From Escherichia phage vB_Eco_F27, in the sequence record OP870146.1: a DNA stretch of 64,000 bases. The stretch is one strand, 5' to 3'. A model generated the notes under the pieces. It had not been told where the DNA came from. It saw only the letters and a program-made list of their open reading frames with translations, and ran no database searches. Positions 1 to 9,228 of this stretch are shown here, one piece after another. Within the stretch, counting starts at the first letter, position 1, and each line of letters opens with the position of its first letter. Position numbers and translations under genes: made by a program.

Positions 1-1
1 T

Positions 2-231
<230 letters not shown>

Positions 232-232
<1 letters not shown>

Positions 233-468
233 TGGACGATTTAATTCAAGCTATTAAATCAAACGACCTCGTTGCTACTCGAAAGTTTTTTGAAAGTGCA
301 ATGGCAGAAAAAACGGTTCGTTTGATTGAAGCACGCAAAGCAGAAATCGCTTCTCAATTTTTGATTGAAGGCGAAGAACCTGAAGAAGAAAAGAAAGCTA
401 AAGCTTCGGAAGACGACGCTGATGAAGGCGATGACGACGAAGACGAAGATGATGAGGACGATGAATAA
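232..468 (+). CDS. 67: prohead core protein gp67
   Basis: ORF track 78 aa with poly-acidic C-terminus; position between 20 and 68 as in T4; TAATG coupling to next gene. Confidence 0.85.
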
Positions 469-893
469 TGTATCTTATCCCTGAATCTTATGAATTGGTA
501 CTCGAAAATGTCGAAGCACTTATTCCTGAAGCACAGGGCCGAATCGATGCATTGTCTTCTGCTCTCGATATTGACGATATAAATACTATTATCGAGAACA
601 TGCTTGAAACTGAAACGGATTTAGCTGTTGCAATGGCTTCCATTATTAATGAAGAACAGTTAAATGAGTTTATCGTTAAACATGTTTCTTCTCGTGGTGA
701 AGTCACCCGCACTAAAGACCGTAAAACTCGTGAACGTAACGCGTTCCAAACCACTGGTCTTTCTAAAGCAAAACGTAGACAAATCGCTCGTAAGGTCGTT
801 AAAGCTAAAAAAGCTAACCCTTCAGGCCAAGTTAAAGGCTTGCGTAAGCGTAAAAAGGCTCTTAAACGTCGTAAAGCATTAGGATTAAGCTAA
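468..893 (+). CDS. 68: prohead core protein gp68
   Basis: ORF track 141 aa, basic C-terminus; synteny. Confidence 0.8.
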   Translation: MYLIPESYELVLENVEALIPEAQGRIDALSSALDIDDINTIIENMLETETDLAVAMASIINEEQLNEFIVKHVSSRGEVTRTKDRKTRERNAFQTTGLSKAKRRQIARKVVKAKKANPSGQVKGLRKRKKALKRRKALGLS

Positions 894-1534
894 TGAATAA
901 ACCCGAGTTACTTATTGAAACTTGGGGTCAACCCGGTGAGATTATTGATGGCGTTCCAATGTTGGAATCTCATGATGGAAAAGATTCTGGCTTAAAACCA
1001 GGGCTTTATATAGAAGGTATTTTTCTTCAGGCAGAGGTTGTTAACCGAAATAAACGTTTATATCCTAAACGCGTTTTGGAAAAAGCAGTAAGTGACTATA
1101 TTAAAGAACAAGTCGCAACCAAACAAGCCCTTGGAGAATTAAACCATCCACCTCGTGCAAATGTTGACCCTATGCAAGCCGCTATCATTATTGAAGATAT
1201 GTGGTGGAAAGGAAACGATGTATATGGACGTGCTAGAATTATTGAAGGCGACCATGGTCCCGGTGATAAATTAGCTGCTAATATACGAGCTGGTTGGATT
1301 CCAGGTGTTTCCTCTCGTGGTCTTGGTTCTTTAACCGACACCAATAAAGGGTACCGTATCGTGAACGAAGGATTTAAATTAACCGTCGGCGTAGATGCCG
1401 TATGGGGACCTTCTGCTCCAGATGCTTGGGTTACTCCTAAACAAATATCAGAATCAGAAAATTCGGTGGAAATCACCAAAAACAGTGCTGACGAAGCATT
1501 TAAAGCTCTCGCAGAGAGTTTAAAAGCATTATAA
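893..1534 (+). CDS. 21: prohead core protease gp21
   Basis: ORF track 213 aa; size and position match T4 gp21. Confidence 0.85.
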   Translation: MNKPELLIETWGQPGEIIDGVPMLESHDGKDSGLKPGLYIEGIFLQAEVVNRNKRLYPKRVLEKAVSDYIKEQVATKQALGELNHPPRANVDPMQAAIIIEDMWWKGNDVYGRARIIEGDHGPGDKLAANIRAGWIPGVSSRGLGSLTDTNKGYRIVNEGFKLTVGVDAVWGPSAPDAWVTPKQISESENSVEITKNSADEAFKALAESLKAL

Positions 1535-1537
1535 ATA
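1530..1537 (+). promoter_or_regulatory. T4-type late promoter TATAAATA (gene 22)
   Basis: Exact TATAAATA about 30 nt upstream of the gene 22 ATG. Confidence 0.6.
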
Positions 1538-1567
1538 ATAATGTAATCTAAACCACAGGACACTAAA

Positions 1568-2380
1568 ATGATCAAAGAACAACTTTTGAAAGAAGCTCAG
1601 AATATCGAGACTTCAGTTGCTCTTAATAGTGTTTTCGAATCAGTAGAACTGTCTCCGGACGTTAAAGCTAATTTCAGCACTGTATTCGAAGCCACCGTTA
1701 AGCAGGAAGCAGTCAAACTGGCTGAATCTCATATCAAAGCCATCGCCGAAAAGGCCGAAGAAGAAGTTGAAAAGGCTAAAGAAGATGCTGAAGAGAAAGC
1801 TGATAAAAAATTGGCTGAACAAGCTTCTAAATTCCTAGACCATCTTGCAAAAGAATGGCTCGCAGAAAACCAAATCGCAGTTGATAAAGGCATTAAAGCT
1901 GATTTGTTCGAATCCATGCTTGGTGGTCTGAAAGAACTGTTTGTTGAACATAACGTTGTTGTTCCAGAAGAATCTGTAGATGTTGTAGCAGAAATGGAAG
2001 AAGAGCTGGCCGAACATAAAGAAGAAACCGCTCGTTTGTTCGAAGAAGTTACCAAACGTGATGCATATATCAATTACGTTCAGCGTGAAACCGCTATTAA
2101 TGAAAGCGTAAAAGACCTGACTGAATCTCAGAAAGAAAAAGTTATTGGCCTGGTTGAAGGTATGGATTATTCTGACGCATTTGGTACTAAGTTAACTGCT
2201 ATTGTAGAAATGGTTAAAGGTTCTACTAAAGAAGAAGCCGCTATTACCGAAAGTATAAATACAGTTGACAATGACGCTGCCGGTCTTAATTTTGTTGCCG
2301 AAGCAGTTGACACTACCACAACTCAGGTAGAACAGAATTCTAATGTAAGTTTATATGCGAAAGTCGCATCTCGTTTCTAA
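1568..2380 (+). CDS. 22: prohead core scaffold protein gp22
   Basis: ORF track 270 aa, highly acidic coiled-coil-like; late promoter TATAAATA just upstream; synteny. Confidence 0.85.
   Translation: MIKEQLLKEAQNIETSVALNSVFESVELSPDVKANFSTVFEATVKQEAVKLAESHIKAIAEKAEEEVEKAKEDAEEKADKKLAEQASKFLDHLAKEWLAENQIAVDKGIKADLFESMLGGLKELFVEHNVVVPEESVDVVAEMEEELAEHKEETARLFEEVTKRDAYINYVQRETAINESVKDLTESQKEKVIGLVEGMDYSDAFGTKLTAIVEMVKGSTKEEAAITESINTVDNDAAGLNFVAEAVDTTTTQVEQNSNVSLYAKVASRF
2254..2261 (+). promoter_or_regulatory. T4-type late promoter TATAAATA (gene 23, inside gene 22)
   Basis: Exact TATAAATA about 140 nt upstream of the gene 23 ATG. Confidence 0.6.
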
Positions 2381-2397
2381 TTTAAAGGTTAACACAA

Positions 2398-3966
2398 ATG
2401 ACTACTATCAAAACTAAAGCTCAGCTCGTAGACAAATGGAAAGAACTGCTGGAAGGTGAAGGCCTGCCGGAAATCGCTAATAGCAAGCAGGCTATTATCG
2501 CTAAAATCTTCGAAAACCAGGAAAAAGATTTCGAAGTATCCCCTGAATATAAAGACGAGAAAATCGCTCAGGCATTTGGTTCTTTCTTGACCGAAGCTGA
2601 AATTGGTGGTGACCATGGTTATAATGCTCAGAACATCGCAGCAGGTCAAACCTCTGGTGCAGTAACCCAAATTGGGCCGGCAGTTATGGGTATGGTTCGT
2701 CGTGCTATTCCTAATCTGATCGCTTTTGATATTTGTGGTGTTCAGCCTATGAACAGCCCGACCGGTCAGGTATTTGCTCTCCGTGCAGTATATGGTAAAG
2801 ACCCTATCGCTGCTGGCGCTAAAGAAGCTTTCCATCCGATGTATGCTCCAGATGCGATGTTCTCTGGTCAGGGTGCTGCTAAGAAATTCCCAGCTCTGGC
2901 TGCTGACACTACTACTGTTGTAGGTGATATCTATACTCACTTCTTCCAAGAAACTGGTACTGTATATCTGCAAGCTTCTGCTGTCGTAACACTTGATTCT
3001 GGTGCAACTGACGCATCTAAATTAGATGCCGAAGTTAAGAAACAAATGGAAGCTGGTGCACTGGTAGAAATCGCTGAAGGTATGGCTACTTCTATCGCTG
3101 AACTCCAGGAAGGTTTCAACGGTTCTACCGATAACCCATGGAATGAAATGGGCTTCCGTATCGATAAACAAGTTATCGAAGCTAAATCTCGCCAGCTGAA
3201 AGCTGCTTACTCTATCGAATTAGCACAAGACCTCCGTGCAGTACACGGTATGGATGCTGATGCTGAACTGAGCGGTATTCTGGCTACAGAAATTATGCTA
3301 GAAATCAACCGTGAAGTTGTTGATTGGATTAACTACTCTGCACAGGTTGGTAAATCTGGTATGACCCTGACTCCGGGTTCTAAAGCTGGTGTATTTGACT
3401 TCCAGGACCCGATTGATATCCGTGGTGCTCGTTGGGCCGGTGAAAGCTTTAAATCTCTGTTGTTCCAGATTGATAAAGAAGCAGTTGAAATTGCTCGTCA
3501 AACCGGTCGTGGTGAAGGTAACTTCATTATCGCTTCCCGTAACGTAGTTAACGTACTGGCTTCAGTTGATACTGGTATTTCTTACGCTGCACAGGGCCTG
3601 GCTTCTGGTTTTAATACCGACACTACTAAGTCTGTATTTGCCGGTGTACTTGGTGGTAAATACCGCGTATACATCGACCAGTATGCTAAACAGGATTACT
3701 TCACCGTTGGTTACAAAGGCGCTAACGAAATGGATGCAGGTATTTACTATGCTCCTTACGTTGCACTTACCCCACTGCGTGGTTCCGATCCTAAGAACTT
3801 CCAGCCGGTAATGGGCTTTAAAACTCGTTACGGTATCGGTGTTAACCCGTTTGCTGAAAGTTCCCTGCAGGCTCCAGGTGCTCGCATCCAGTCCGGTATG
3901 CCGTCTATCCTGAACAGCCTTGGTAAGAACGCTTACTTCCGCCGTGTATATGTAAAAGGCATCTAA
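2398..3966 (+). CDS. 23: major capsid protein gp23
   Basis: ORF track 522 aa; translation (MTTIKTKAQLVDKWKELLEGEGLPEIANSKQ...) recognised as T4 gp23; late promoter TATAAATA at 2254-2261 inside gene 22. Confidence 0.97.
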   Translation: MTTIKTKAQLVDKWKELLEGEGLPEIANSKQAIIAKIFENQEKDFEVSPEYKDEKIAQAFGSFLTEAEIGGDHGYNAQNIAAGQTSGAVTQIGPAVMGMVRRAIPNLIAFDICGVQPMNSPTGQVFALRAVYGKDPIAAGAKEAFHPMYAPDAMFSGQGAAKKFPALAADTTTVVGDIYTHFFQETGTVYLQASAVVTLDSGATDASKLDAEVKKQMEAGALVEIAEGMATSIAELQEGFNGSTDNPWNEMGFRIDKQVIEAKSRQLKAAYSIELAQDLRAVHGMDADAELSGILATEIMLEINREVVDWINYSAQVGKSGMTLTPGSKAGVFDFQDPIDIRGARWAGESFKSLLFQIDKEAVEIARQTGRGEGNFIIASRNVVNVLASVDTGISYAAQGLASGFNTDTTKSVFAGVLGGKYRVYIDQYAKQDYFTVGYKGANEMDAGIYYAPYVALTPLRGSDPKNFQPVMGFKTRYGIGVNPFAESSLQAPGARIQSGMPSILNSLGKNAYFRRVYVKGI

Positions 3967-3990
3967 TCTTAATTGATTAAATCTTATTTT

Positions 3991-4008
3991 GGGAGACTTC
4001 GGTCTCCC
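3991..4008 (+). terminator. GGGAGAC-UUCG-GUCUCCC tetraloop hairpin terminator after gene 23
   Basis: 7-bp GC-rich stem, UUCG loop, followed by AUUUUUGGUUUU. Confidence 0.6.
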
Positions 4009-4018
4009 ATTTTTGGTT

Positions 4019-4288
4019 TTATTTCTGTGCAATTTCGATGTAAGTTTTCAAAATATTTTGCCAATTAGGCATACCTTCTTGGACATATGCCGGAGAACCA
4101 TCTTTGTTTTTGAATGATGCAAGTTTATCAGTGGCCCAATAACCTTTAGCTCGAGCTTCAGAATCAACTTTCATCCATACTTTGTTGAAGGCATTACCAT
4201 TAACTTTTGCACCATATTTTTCTACTAACTTAACCGCTTCAGCTTCCAGAACTTTTAAAGTATCTCGTAAGAAACGTGCTTTAGTCAT
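4019..4288 (-). CDS. hypothetical early protein, 89 aa
   Basis: ORF track; own GTTTAC-N18-TACTAT early-type promoter (4319-4348) and hairpin 3991-4008 downstream; occupies the 23/24 intergenic site where T4 carries segD. Confidence 0.55.
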   Translation of the reverse strand: MTKARFLRDTLKVLEAEAVKLVEKYGAKVNGNAFNKVWMKVDSEARAKGYWATDKLASFKNKDGSPAYVQEGMPNWQNILKTYIEIAQK

Positions 4289-4318
4289 TTTGTTTACTCC
4301 TCTGTAGTTGATAAGTCT

Positions 4319-4348
4319 ATAGTATCACATACCAAATACGTTGTAAAC
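4319..4348 (-). promoter_or_regulatory. T4 early-type promoter (GTTTAC-N18-TACTAT) for the 89-aa gene
   Basis: Minus strand reads GTTTACaacgtatttggtatgtgaTACTAT. Confidence 0.55.
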
Positions 4349-4354
4349 AATCTT

Positions 4355-4362
4355 TATAAATA
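4355..4362 (+). promoter_or_regulatory. T4-type late promoter TATAAATA (gene 24)
   Basis: Exact TATAAATA 28 nt upstream of ATG. Confidence 0.6.
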
Positions 4363-4389
4363 ATCTATATCACATAAGGAAAAAATGCA

Positions 4390-5673
4390 ATGAGTAAAAT
4401 CCAAAAATTATTGCGTGAATCTACAACGTCTACTAGCAACTCAATCGGTCGCCCAAATCTCGTTGCTTTGACTCGCGCTACGACTAAATTAATATATTCT
4501 GACATTGTAGCAACACAAAGAACTAATCAACCTGTTGCTGCTTTTTATGGTATCAAATATCTTAACCCAGACAACGAATTAACATTTAAAACTGGTGCTA
4601 CTTATGCAGGCGAAGCTGGATATGTAGACCGAGAAAAAATTACCGAACTCACAGAAGAATCAAAAGTCACATTAAATAAAGGCGATTTTTTCAAATATAA
4701 TAATATCGTCTATAAAGTGTTAGAAGATGCACCATTTGCAGATATTCAAGAAAGTGATCTAGAATTAGCTCTTCAGATTGCGGTCGTTCATTTAAAGGTA
4801 CGGTTATTTTCGGATGCAGCGGTAACAAGCAAATTTGAAAGCTCTGGTAGCGAAATTTCTGATGCAAGATTCCAGATTAATAAATGGCAAACTTCAGTCA
4901 AATCTCGTAAACTTAAAACCGGCCTCACGGTTGAATTAGCGCAAGATTTGGAAGCAAATGGATTTGATGCCCCTAACTTCTTAGAAGATTTGCTTGCTAC
5001 TGAAATGGCTGATGAAATTAATAAAGATATTCTTCAGTCTTTAATTACTGTATCGAAACGTTATAAAGTTACTGGAATTACTGACACTGGATTTATTGAC
5101 TTGAGCTATGCGTCTGCTCCAGAAGCAGGCCGTTCGTTATACCGAATGGTATGTGAAATGGTTTCGCATATCCAAAAAGAGTCAACTTATACTGCAACGT
5201 TTTGCGTAGCTTCAGCTCGTGCAGCTGCTATTCTTGCTGCTTCTGGTTGGTTAAAACATAAGCCAGAAGATGACAAGTATCTTTCACAAAATGCTTATGG
5301 ATTCTTGGCAAATGGATTACCTCTTTACTGCGATACCAACAGTCCGTTAGATTATGTTATTGTGGGTGTTGTAGAAAATATCGGTGAAAAAGAAATTGTA
5401 GGGTCCATCTTTTATGCTCCATACACTGAAGGAGTAGATTTAGATGACCCGGAACATGTTGGTGCTTTTAAAGTTGTAGTTGATCCAGAAAGCTTGCAAC
5501 CGTCTATCGGATTATTGGTTAGATATGCTTTATCAGCAAATCCTTACACAGTAGCAAAAGACGAAAAAGAAGCGAGAATAATTGATGGCGGGGACATGGA
5601 TAAAATGGCAGGACGTTCAGACTTGTCTGTTTTACTCGGTGTTAAATTGCCTAAAATTATTATAGATGAATAA
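4390..5673 (+). CDS. 24: head vertex protein gp24
   Basis: ORF track 427 aa; late promoter TATAAATA 4355-4362; gp23-like fold family by synteny and size. Confidence 0.9.
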   Translation: MSKIQKLLRESTTSTSNSIGRPNLVALTRATTKLIYSDIVATQRTNQPVAAFYGIKYLNPDNELTFKTGATYAGEAGYVDREKITELTEESKVTLNKGDFFKYNNIVYKVLEDAPFADIQESDLELALQIAVVHLKVRLFSDAAVTSKFESSGSEISDARFQINKWQTSVKSRKLKTGLTVELAQDLEANGFDAPNFLEDLLATEMADEINKDILQSLITVSKRYKVTGITDTGFIDLSYASAPEAGRSLYRMVCEMVSHIQKESTYTATFCVASARAAAILAASGWLKHKPEDDKYLSQNAYGFLANGLPLYCDTNSPLDYVIVGVVENIGEKEIVGSIFYAPYTEGVDLDDPEHVGAFKVVVDPESLQPSIGLLVRYALSANPYTVAKDEKEARIIDGGDMDKMAGRSDLSVLLGVKLPKIIIDE

Positions 5674-5681
5674 ACGAAAAA

Positions 5682-5697
5682 GGGACCGTAAGGTCCC
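5682..5697. terminator. bidirectional terminator between gene 24 and rnlB (GGGACC-GUAA-GGUCCC)
   Basis: Hairpin flanked by A5 on one side and T9 on the other. Confidence 0.65.
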
Positions 5698-5707
5698 TTT
5701 TTTTTTG

Positions 5708-6706
5708 TTATGATACTAATTCAATCCATGCAGGACGCAGAACATCTTGCACCATTCGGACTAATTCTTTCTTAACAAGATTCGGATTATCGGATGATGT
5801 TAATACAATACCTTCACGAGAAGTTTCTTCCAGAATATCTTGAACAGTCAATCCCATCACTTTGCCAAAATCTTTTGGCGTTACAGTCCCAATCTTAGAA
5901 ATCACATTATTAACACGATTTAATGTAACATAACAAGCTAGAACATCAAGCAAGTTTTTGTCAATTTCGGTTAATGGAAGCTGAGTTTTAATAGGCTTAT
6001 CAGACTTTTTCTTTTCACTGAATTTAGAGTTCTTGCACTTAATAGCTACACGAGTACCGTTTGGCAGCCATTTAGGGAAACAAGGCTTCAGAACATAACC
6101 TTCTGCTGTATTATCGCCAATAACATTAGCATCAAATACACAATTATTTGCTTCTACAAGGTCTTCTGACGCAGTAGCATTATAAGCGGCTAAAACGGAA
6201 TCAAGGTCATTTGGAATCGCGATAAGAGCATCGAATGTTCCACGTCCGAGCATTGGTGCCATTTTAAAACCGAATTCATTACAGAAATCTTGCATTTCGT
6301 AATCGGTCAAATACGTATTATCACCACTTTCTGTATTGATAAGGATATCGAACACATAAAAATCTTTTTCACCATAGTCAACACCTTTCTGTATTCCACC
6401 ACCAGCGAATTCACCGAATACTTGATATGATACGGCTCGAGCTGTGTACATGAATTCCTGAACGGCTTTAATAGCTTTATCATACTTCTTAAGTACGATT
6501 TCATAACCATAAAAATCTTCTGCTGGAAGAATAGGGCCTGTGCGCTTGGCGCATGTGACGTTGTCACGTTCAATTATTAACGAGAAGTTGGTCCCGTGGA
6601 TTTTCTCACGTGCTACCCAAACACCAGTAGTCAAACCATTAGTGTAGAGTTTTTCAATAAACTTGTTGTTGTAGTGGTTTTCAAGACTGCTGTATTTCTT
6701 AAACAT
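5708..6706 (-). CDS. rnlB: RNA ligase 2
   Basis: ORF track 332 aa; translation ([21 protein letters not shown]...[13 protein letters not shown]...) recognised as T4 Rnl2 with ligase motif I KxHG. Confidence 0.9.
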   Translation of the reverse strand: MFKKYSSLENHYNNKFIEKLYTNGLTTGVWVAREKIHGTNFSLIIERDNVTCAKRTGPILPAEDFYGYEIVLKKYDKAIKAVQEFMYTARAVSYQVFGEFAGGGIQKGVDYGEKDFYVFDILINTESGDNTYLTDYEMQDFCNEFGFKMAPMLGRGTFDALIAIPNDLDSVLAAYNATASEDLVEANNCVFDANVIGDNTAEGYVLKPCFPKWLPNGTRVAIKCKNSKFSEKKKSDKPIKTQLPLTEIDKNLLDVLACYVTLNRVNNVISKIGTVTPKDFGKVMGLTVQDILEETSREGIVLTSSDNPNLVKKELVRMVQDVLRPAWIELVS

Positions 6707-6797
6707 AAATCACCATTATAAATAATAATATCAAAATAATTAGCAGAGACTCTGTCTCCGACCGGATGTTTAATTTGAATGGATAGAACCTAGATTC

Positions 6798-6823
6798 ATT
6801 ATACCATCAAAAAATGTAAAGCA
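6798..6823 (-). promoter_or_regulatory. candidate MotA-dependent middle promoter (rnlB)
   Basis: Minus strand TGCTTTACA (MotA-box-like) followed 11-13 nt later by TATAAT; too close for a sigma70 -35/-10 pair. Confidence 0.4.
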
Positions 6824-6825
6824 TA

Positions 6826-7077
6826 TTAGAACTTGATTTCTATCCAATGTCCGTCACGTTGGTCATGATTAATTTTATACTGAAAGCCGTTATCACGAAG
6901 CCATTGACCGACTTGTTCAGTTATAGTTAAATCGTTCTTTGACGGGTAGTATGTAAATTGTGTCTGGCCTTTGTCAGCGGCTTTCTCTGCCATCGCAGAG
7001 AAGTTAGTAATAAAATCACTCAACAAATTGGCTTTAGTGGCCAGAGCCCTTTCTCTTAATTCCTGTGCAAAACTCAT
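6826..7077 (-). CDS. hypothetical protein (24.2-like position)
   Basis: ORF track 83 aa; synteny between rnlB and hoc. Confidence 0.5.
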   Translation of the reverse strand: MSFAQELRERALATKANLLSDFITNFSAMAEKAADKGQTQFTYYPSKNDLTITEQVGQWLRDNGFQYKINHDQRDGHWIEIKF

Positions 7078-7274
7078 TTCTTCACCTTTTTATTAATCAG
7101 ACGTTTACGGTATACAACTTTTTCTTTTGCTTTAAACTTTGACCGAGCTGTCTCGGCTTTAGTCCATAGTAATCCAACTTCTTTAGGTTGTAAACCGATT
7201 TTTTGAGCAATTTCTACGAATGAAAATCCCGCCTCATGTAATGTATAAACTTCAACTTCAGCTCTCATAATCAA
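7074..7274 (-). CDS. hypothetical protein with HTH-like segment (24.3-like position)
   Basis: ORF track 66 aa; ATGA coupling to downstream ORF. Confidence 0.5.
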   Translation of the reverse strand: MIMRAEVEVYTLHEAGFSFVEIAQKIGLQPKEVGLLWTKAETARSKFKAKEKVVYRKRLINKKVKK

Positions 7275-7349
7275 TCCCGTATTATTTGGTTTGTGCCATT
7301 ATACACATCAATCTCAAGTTGTGTTTTGTATGCTTTAAAAACGAAGAAA

Positions 7350-7363
7350 GGGGCCGAAGCCCC
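7350..7363 (-). terminator. UUCG hairpin terminator after hoc
   Basis: Minus strand GGGGC-UUCG-GCCCC followed by U-rich tract. Confidence 0.55.
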
Positions 7364-7369
7364 TTACGA

Positions 7370-8500
7370 TTACGGATATGTATAGATGATACCAGTTTCC
7401 AAAGCAGTTTTATGGATGATGTATCCATTACGTGATTCTTGAACATCAACTTCCGGATAGTCTTTCATCATCTTCTGAAGAGTGTAACGATGCAGGTAGT
7501 ATTTACTATCTGGATCTTCAGTTTTCCAATCTTTACCTTCTTCAGTCATTTTTTGGATTTCATCCATAACCCACCAACCGCACCAGATGTAAGCTGAAGT
7601 ACGATGTGGAAGAGGATGAACATAAGGTAGTTCACCTTCTGGTTCTGGAGCAACTTTATCAGTCACTTGAACTTGGCCTTCTGCTGTAATAGTTTTGCTA
7701 TCATAGTCATCTGCAGTAACGACGGCAGTCACTTCAATAGTTTGACTTCCAACAGATGAAGTATCAACAGTATATACATTAGTTGACCCTTCTACAGGAG
7801 AAGAATCTTTCTTCCATGAATAAGTAATTTGTGCCGGTTCTGGTGCACCAGTGACATTAGCGGTAAATGTAGCTGAAGCATCTTGCTGAACGTTAATAGA
7901 AGGAGGAGTCAATGTAACCTGTGGATTCATTGTCTTTTTATTAACAGTCAGTGACACTTCATTAGAAGTAACGCTTAGTGCGTCATAATCTGTTGCGGTT
8001 ACTTGGGCTACACATTTAATTCTTTTTACCCCGCTTTCAGCAGGAGTGTAATTGAATGTAGCGTTAGTTGCTTCGCCAACAGGAGAATCATCTACATACC
8101 ATTGATAAGTAGCAGACGCTCCAACCGGTTGAGAAGCTAAGGCCGCAGTAAATTGAACTGGGGTTCCAATTACTCCAGCTGAAGGGCTATTAGGAGTTAC
8201 AGCTAAGGTAGTCGTTTGTGTCTTATTTTTAACCGTGATAGTCGTAGTAATTTCTGCTGTTTCAGCATCAGTATCAGGAATAGTATTTGTTGCAACAACT
8301 TTAATTGTTTTTGTTCCAGCGGGTCCTTTTAACACATAATCAAAAGTTTCTGCCGATCCTACTTGAGGAGCATCGTCTACACTCCATGCATAGGTAATAG
8401 TTCCACCTCCAGTTTCACCACTGGGAGTAGCAGTAAACTGCTTAGTCTCATCTATAACCCCAGTAGGTGTTTTAGGAGTTATATCAACTGTAAAAGCCAT
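7370..8500 (-). CDS. hoc: highly immunogenic outer capsid protein Hoc
   Basis: ORF track 376 aa; translation (MAFTVDITPKTPTGVIDETKQFTATPSGETGGGTITYAWSVDD...) recognised as T4 Hoc with Ig-like repeats. Confidence 0.92.
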   Translation of the reverse strand: MAFTVDITPKTPTGVIDETKQFTATPSGETGGGTITYAWSVDDAPQVGSAETFDYVLKGPAGTKTIKVVATNTIPDTDAETAEITTTITVKNKTQTTTLAVTPNSPSAGVIGTPVQFTAALASQPVGASATYQWYVDDSPVGEATNATFNYTPAESGVKRIKCVAQVTATDYDALSVTSNEVSLTVNKKTMNPQVTLTPPSINVQQDASATFTANVTGAPEPAQITYSWKKDSSPVEGSTNVYTVDTSSVGSQTIEVTAVVTADDYDSKTITAEGQVQVTDKVAPEPEGELPYVHPLPHRTSAYIWCGWWVMDEIQKMTEEGKDWKTEDPDSKYYLHRYTLQKMMKDYPEVDVQESRNGYIIHKTALETGIIYTYP

Positions 8501-8509
8501 AAGTTATCC

Positions 8510-9178
8510 TTATTTTAATGTTACGAAAGAAGAATTACGAGTTTCACGAATTAGAACTGATCCATCGCGATTAATATAATAAATTAAGCTAAATAATGTT
8601 TGGTGAGCAGAAGCGTGCACAAAACTGGTTGGACGAGATTTCCAATCTGGAGTTTCGGCTATCCATTGATAAATCCACCAAGGAACAGTAACATACCCTG
8701 GGCCTTTGCCTAATTTAATGAGTGTAGGACTAAAATTTTCAGGCAGAACAAATTTTACTTCTTTATTTACCTCTGACTCGGGCTCTTTTTCGGATTCAAC
8801 AACCTGAGTAATTGCTTCTTCGAATTTATCGTGGTCGAATTCTTTTTCTTGTTCGACAACTTCTAATACTTCAACTTGTTCTGTTGGAGAATCAAACAAC
8901 AGAATAGCTTCTTCTTTAACTTCTTCGTTGGTGAAATTAACACCGTCTACATCATCTGCGGCAGTAATTAAATCGGTGATAGATAATCCATCAGTTTCAG
9001 GTAATGGTTCATCAGCCAGTGCGTTAAGAGCTTCTTCGATATCAATAACAATATTATCGAATGATTTTGTTTTCTTAACACTAATACCAAATTGTGCCGC
9101 GTATTCAAACAGTTTAGCTTTGGCTTCCTTTTTATCAGAAAGAGCACGTAACTCTTCAATATAGTCTTTATCGATCAT
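8510..9178 (-). CDS. inh: Inh-like protein (inhibitor of prohead protease)
   Basis: ORF track 222 aa; position between hoc and uvsW as in T4. Confidence 0.55.
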   Translation of the reverse strand: MIDKDYIEELRALSDKKEAKAKLFEYAAQFGISVKKTKSFDNIVIDIEEALNALADEPLPETDGLSITDLITAADDVDGVNFTNEEVKEEAILLFDSPTEQVEVLEVVEQEKEFDHDKFEEAITQVVESEKEPESEVNKEVKFVLPENFSPTLIKLGKGPGYVTVPWWIYQWIAETPDWKSRPTSFVHASAHQTLFSLIYYINRDGSVLIRETRNSSFVTLK

Positions 9179-9191
9179 GTTATTTCCTCAT

Positions 9192-9199
9192 TATAAATA
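9192..9199 (+). promoter_or_regulatory. T4-type late promoter TATAAATA (uvsW)
   Basis: Exact TATAAATA upstream of uvsW ATG. Confidence 0.5.
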
Positions 9200-9228
9200 T
9201 AACTATATTTATTACATGGTAATTTGAC

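Noticed and set aside
488-754. 88-aa minus-strand ORF inside gene 68
   Set aside because: Antisense shadow ORF within a well-supported late gene; no promoter or RBS
1096-1575. 159-aa minus-strand ORF spanning gene 21
   Set aside because: Antisense to the conserved prohead protease gene; spurious
2389-2973. 194-aa minus-strand ORF overlapping the start of gene 23 (and other antisense ORFs inside 23)
   Set aside because: Gene 23 identity is unambiguous; antisense frames are by-products of codon bias
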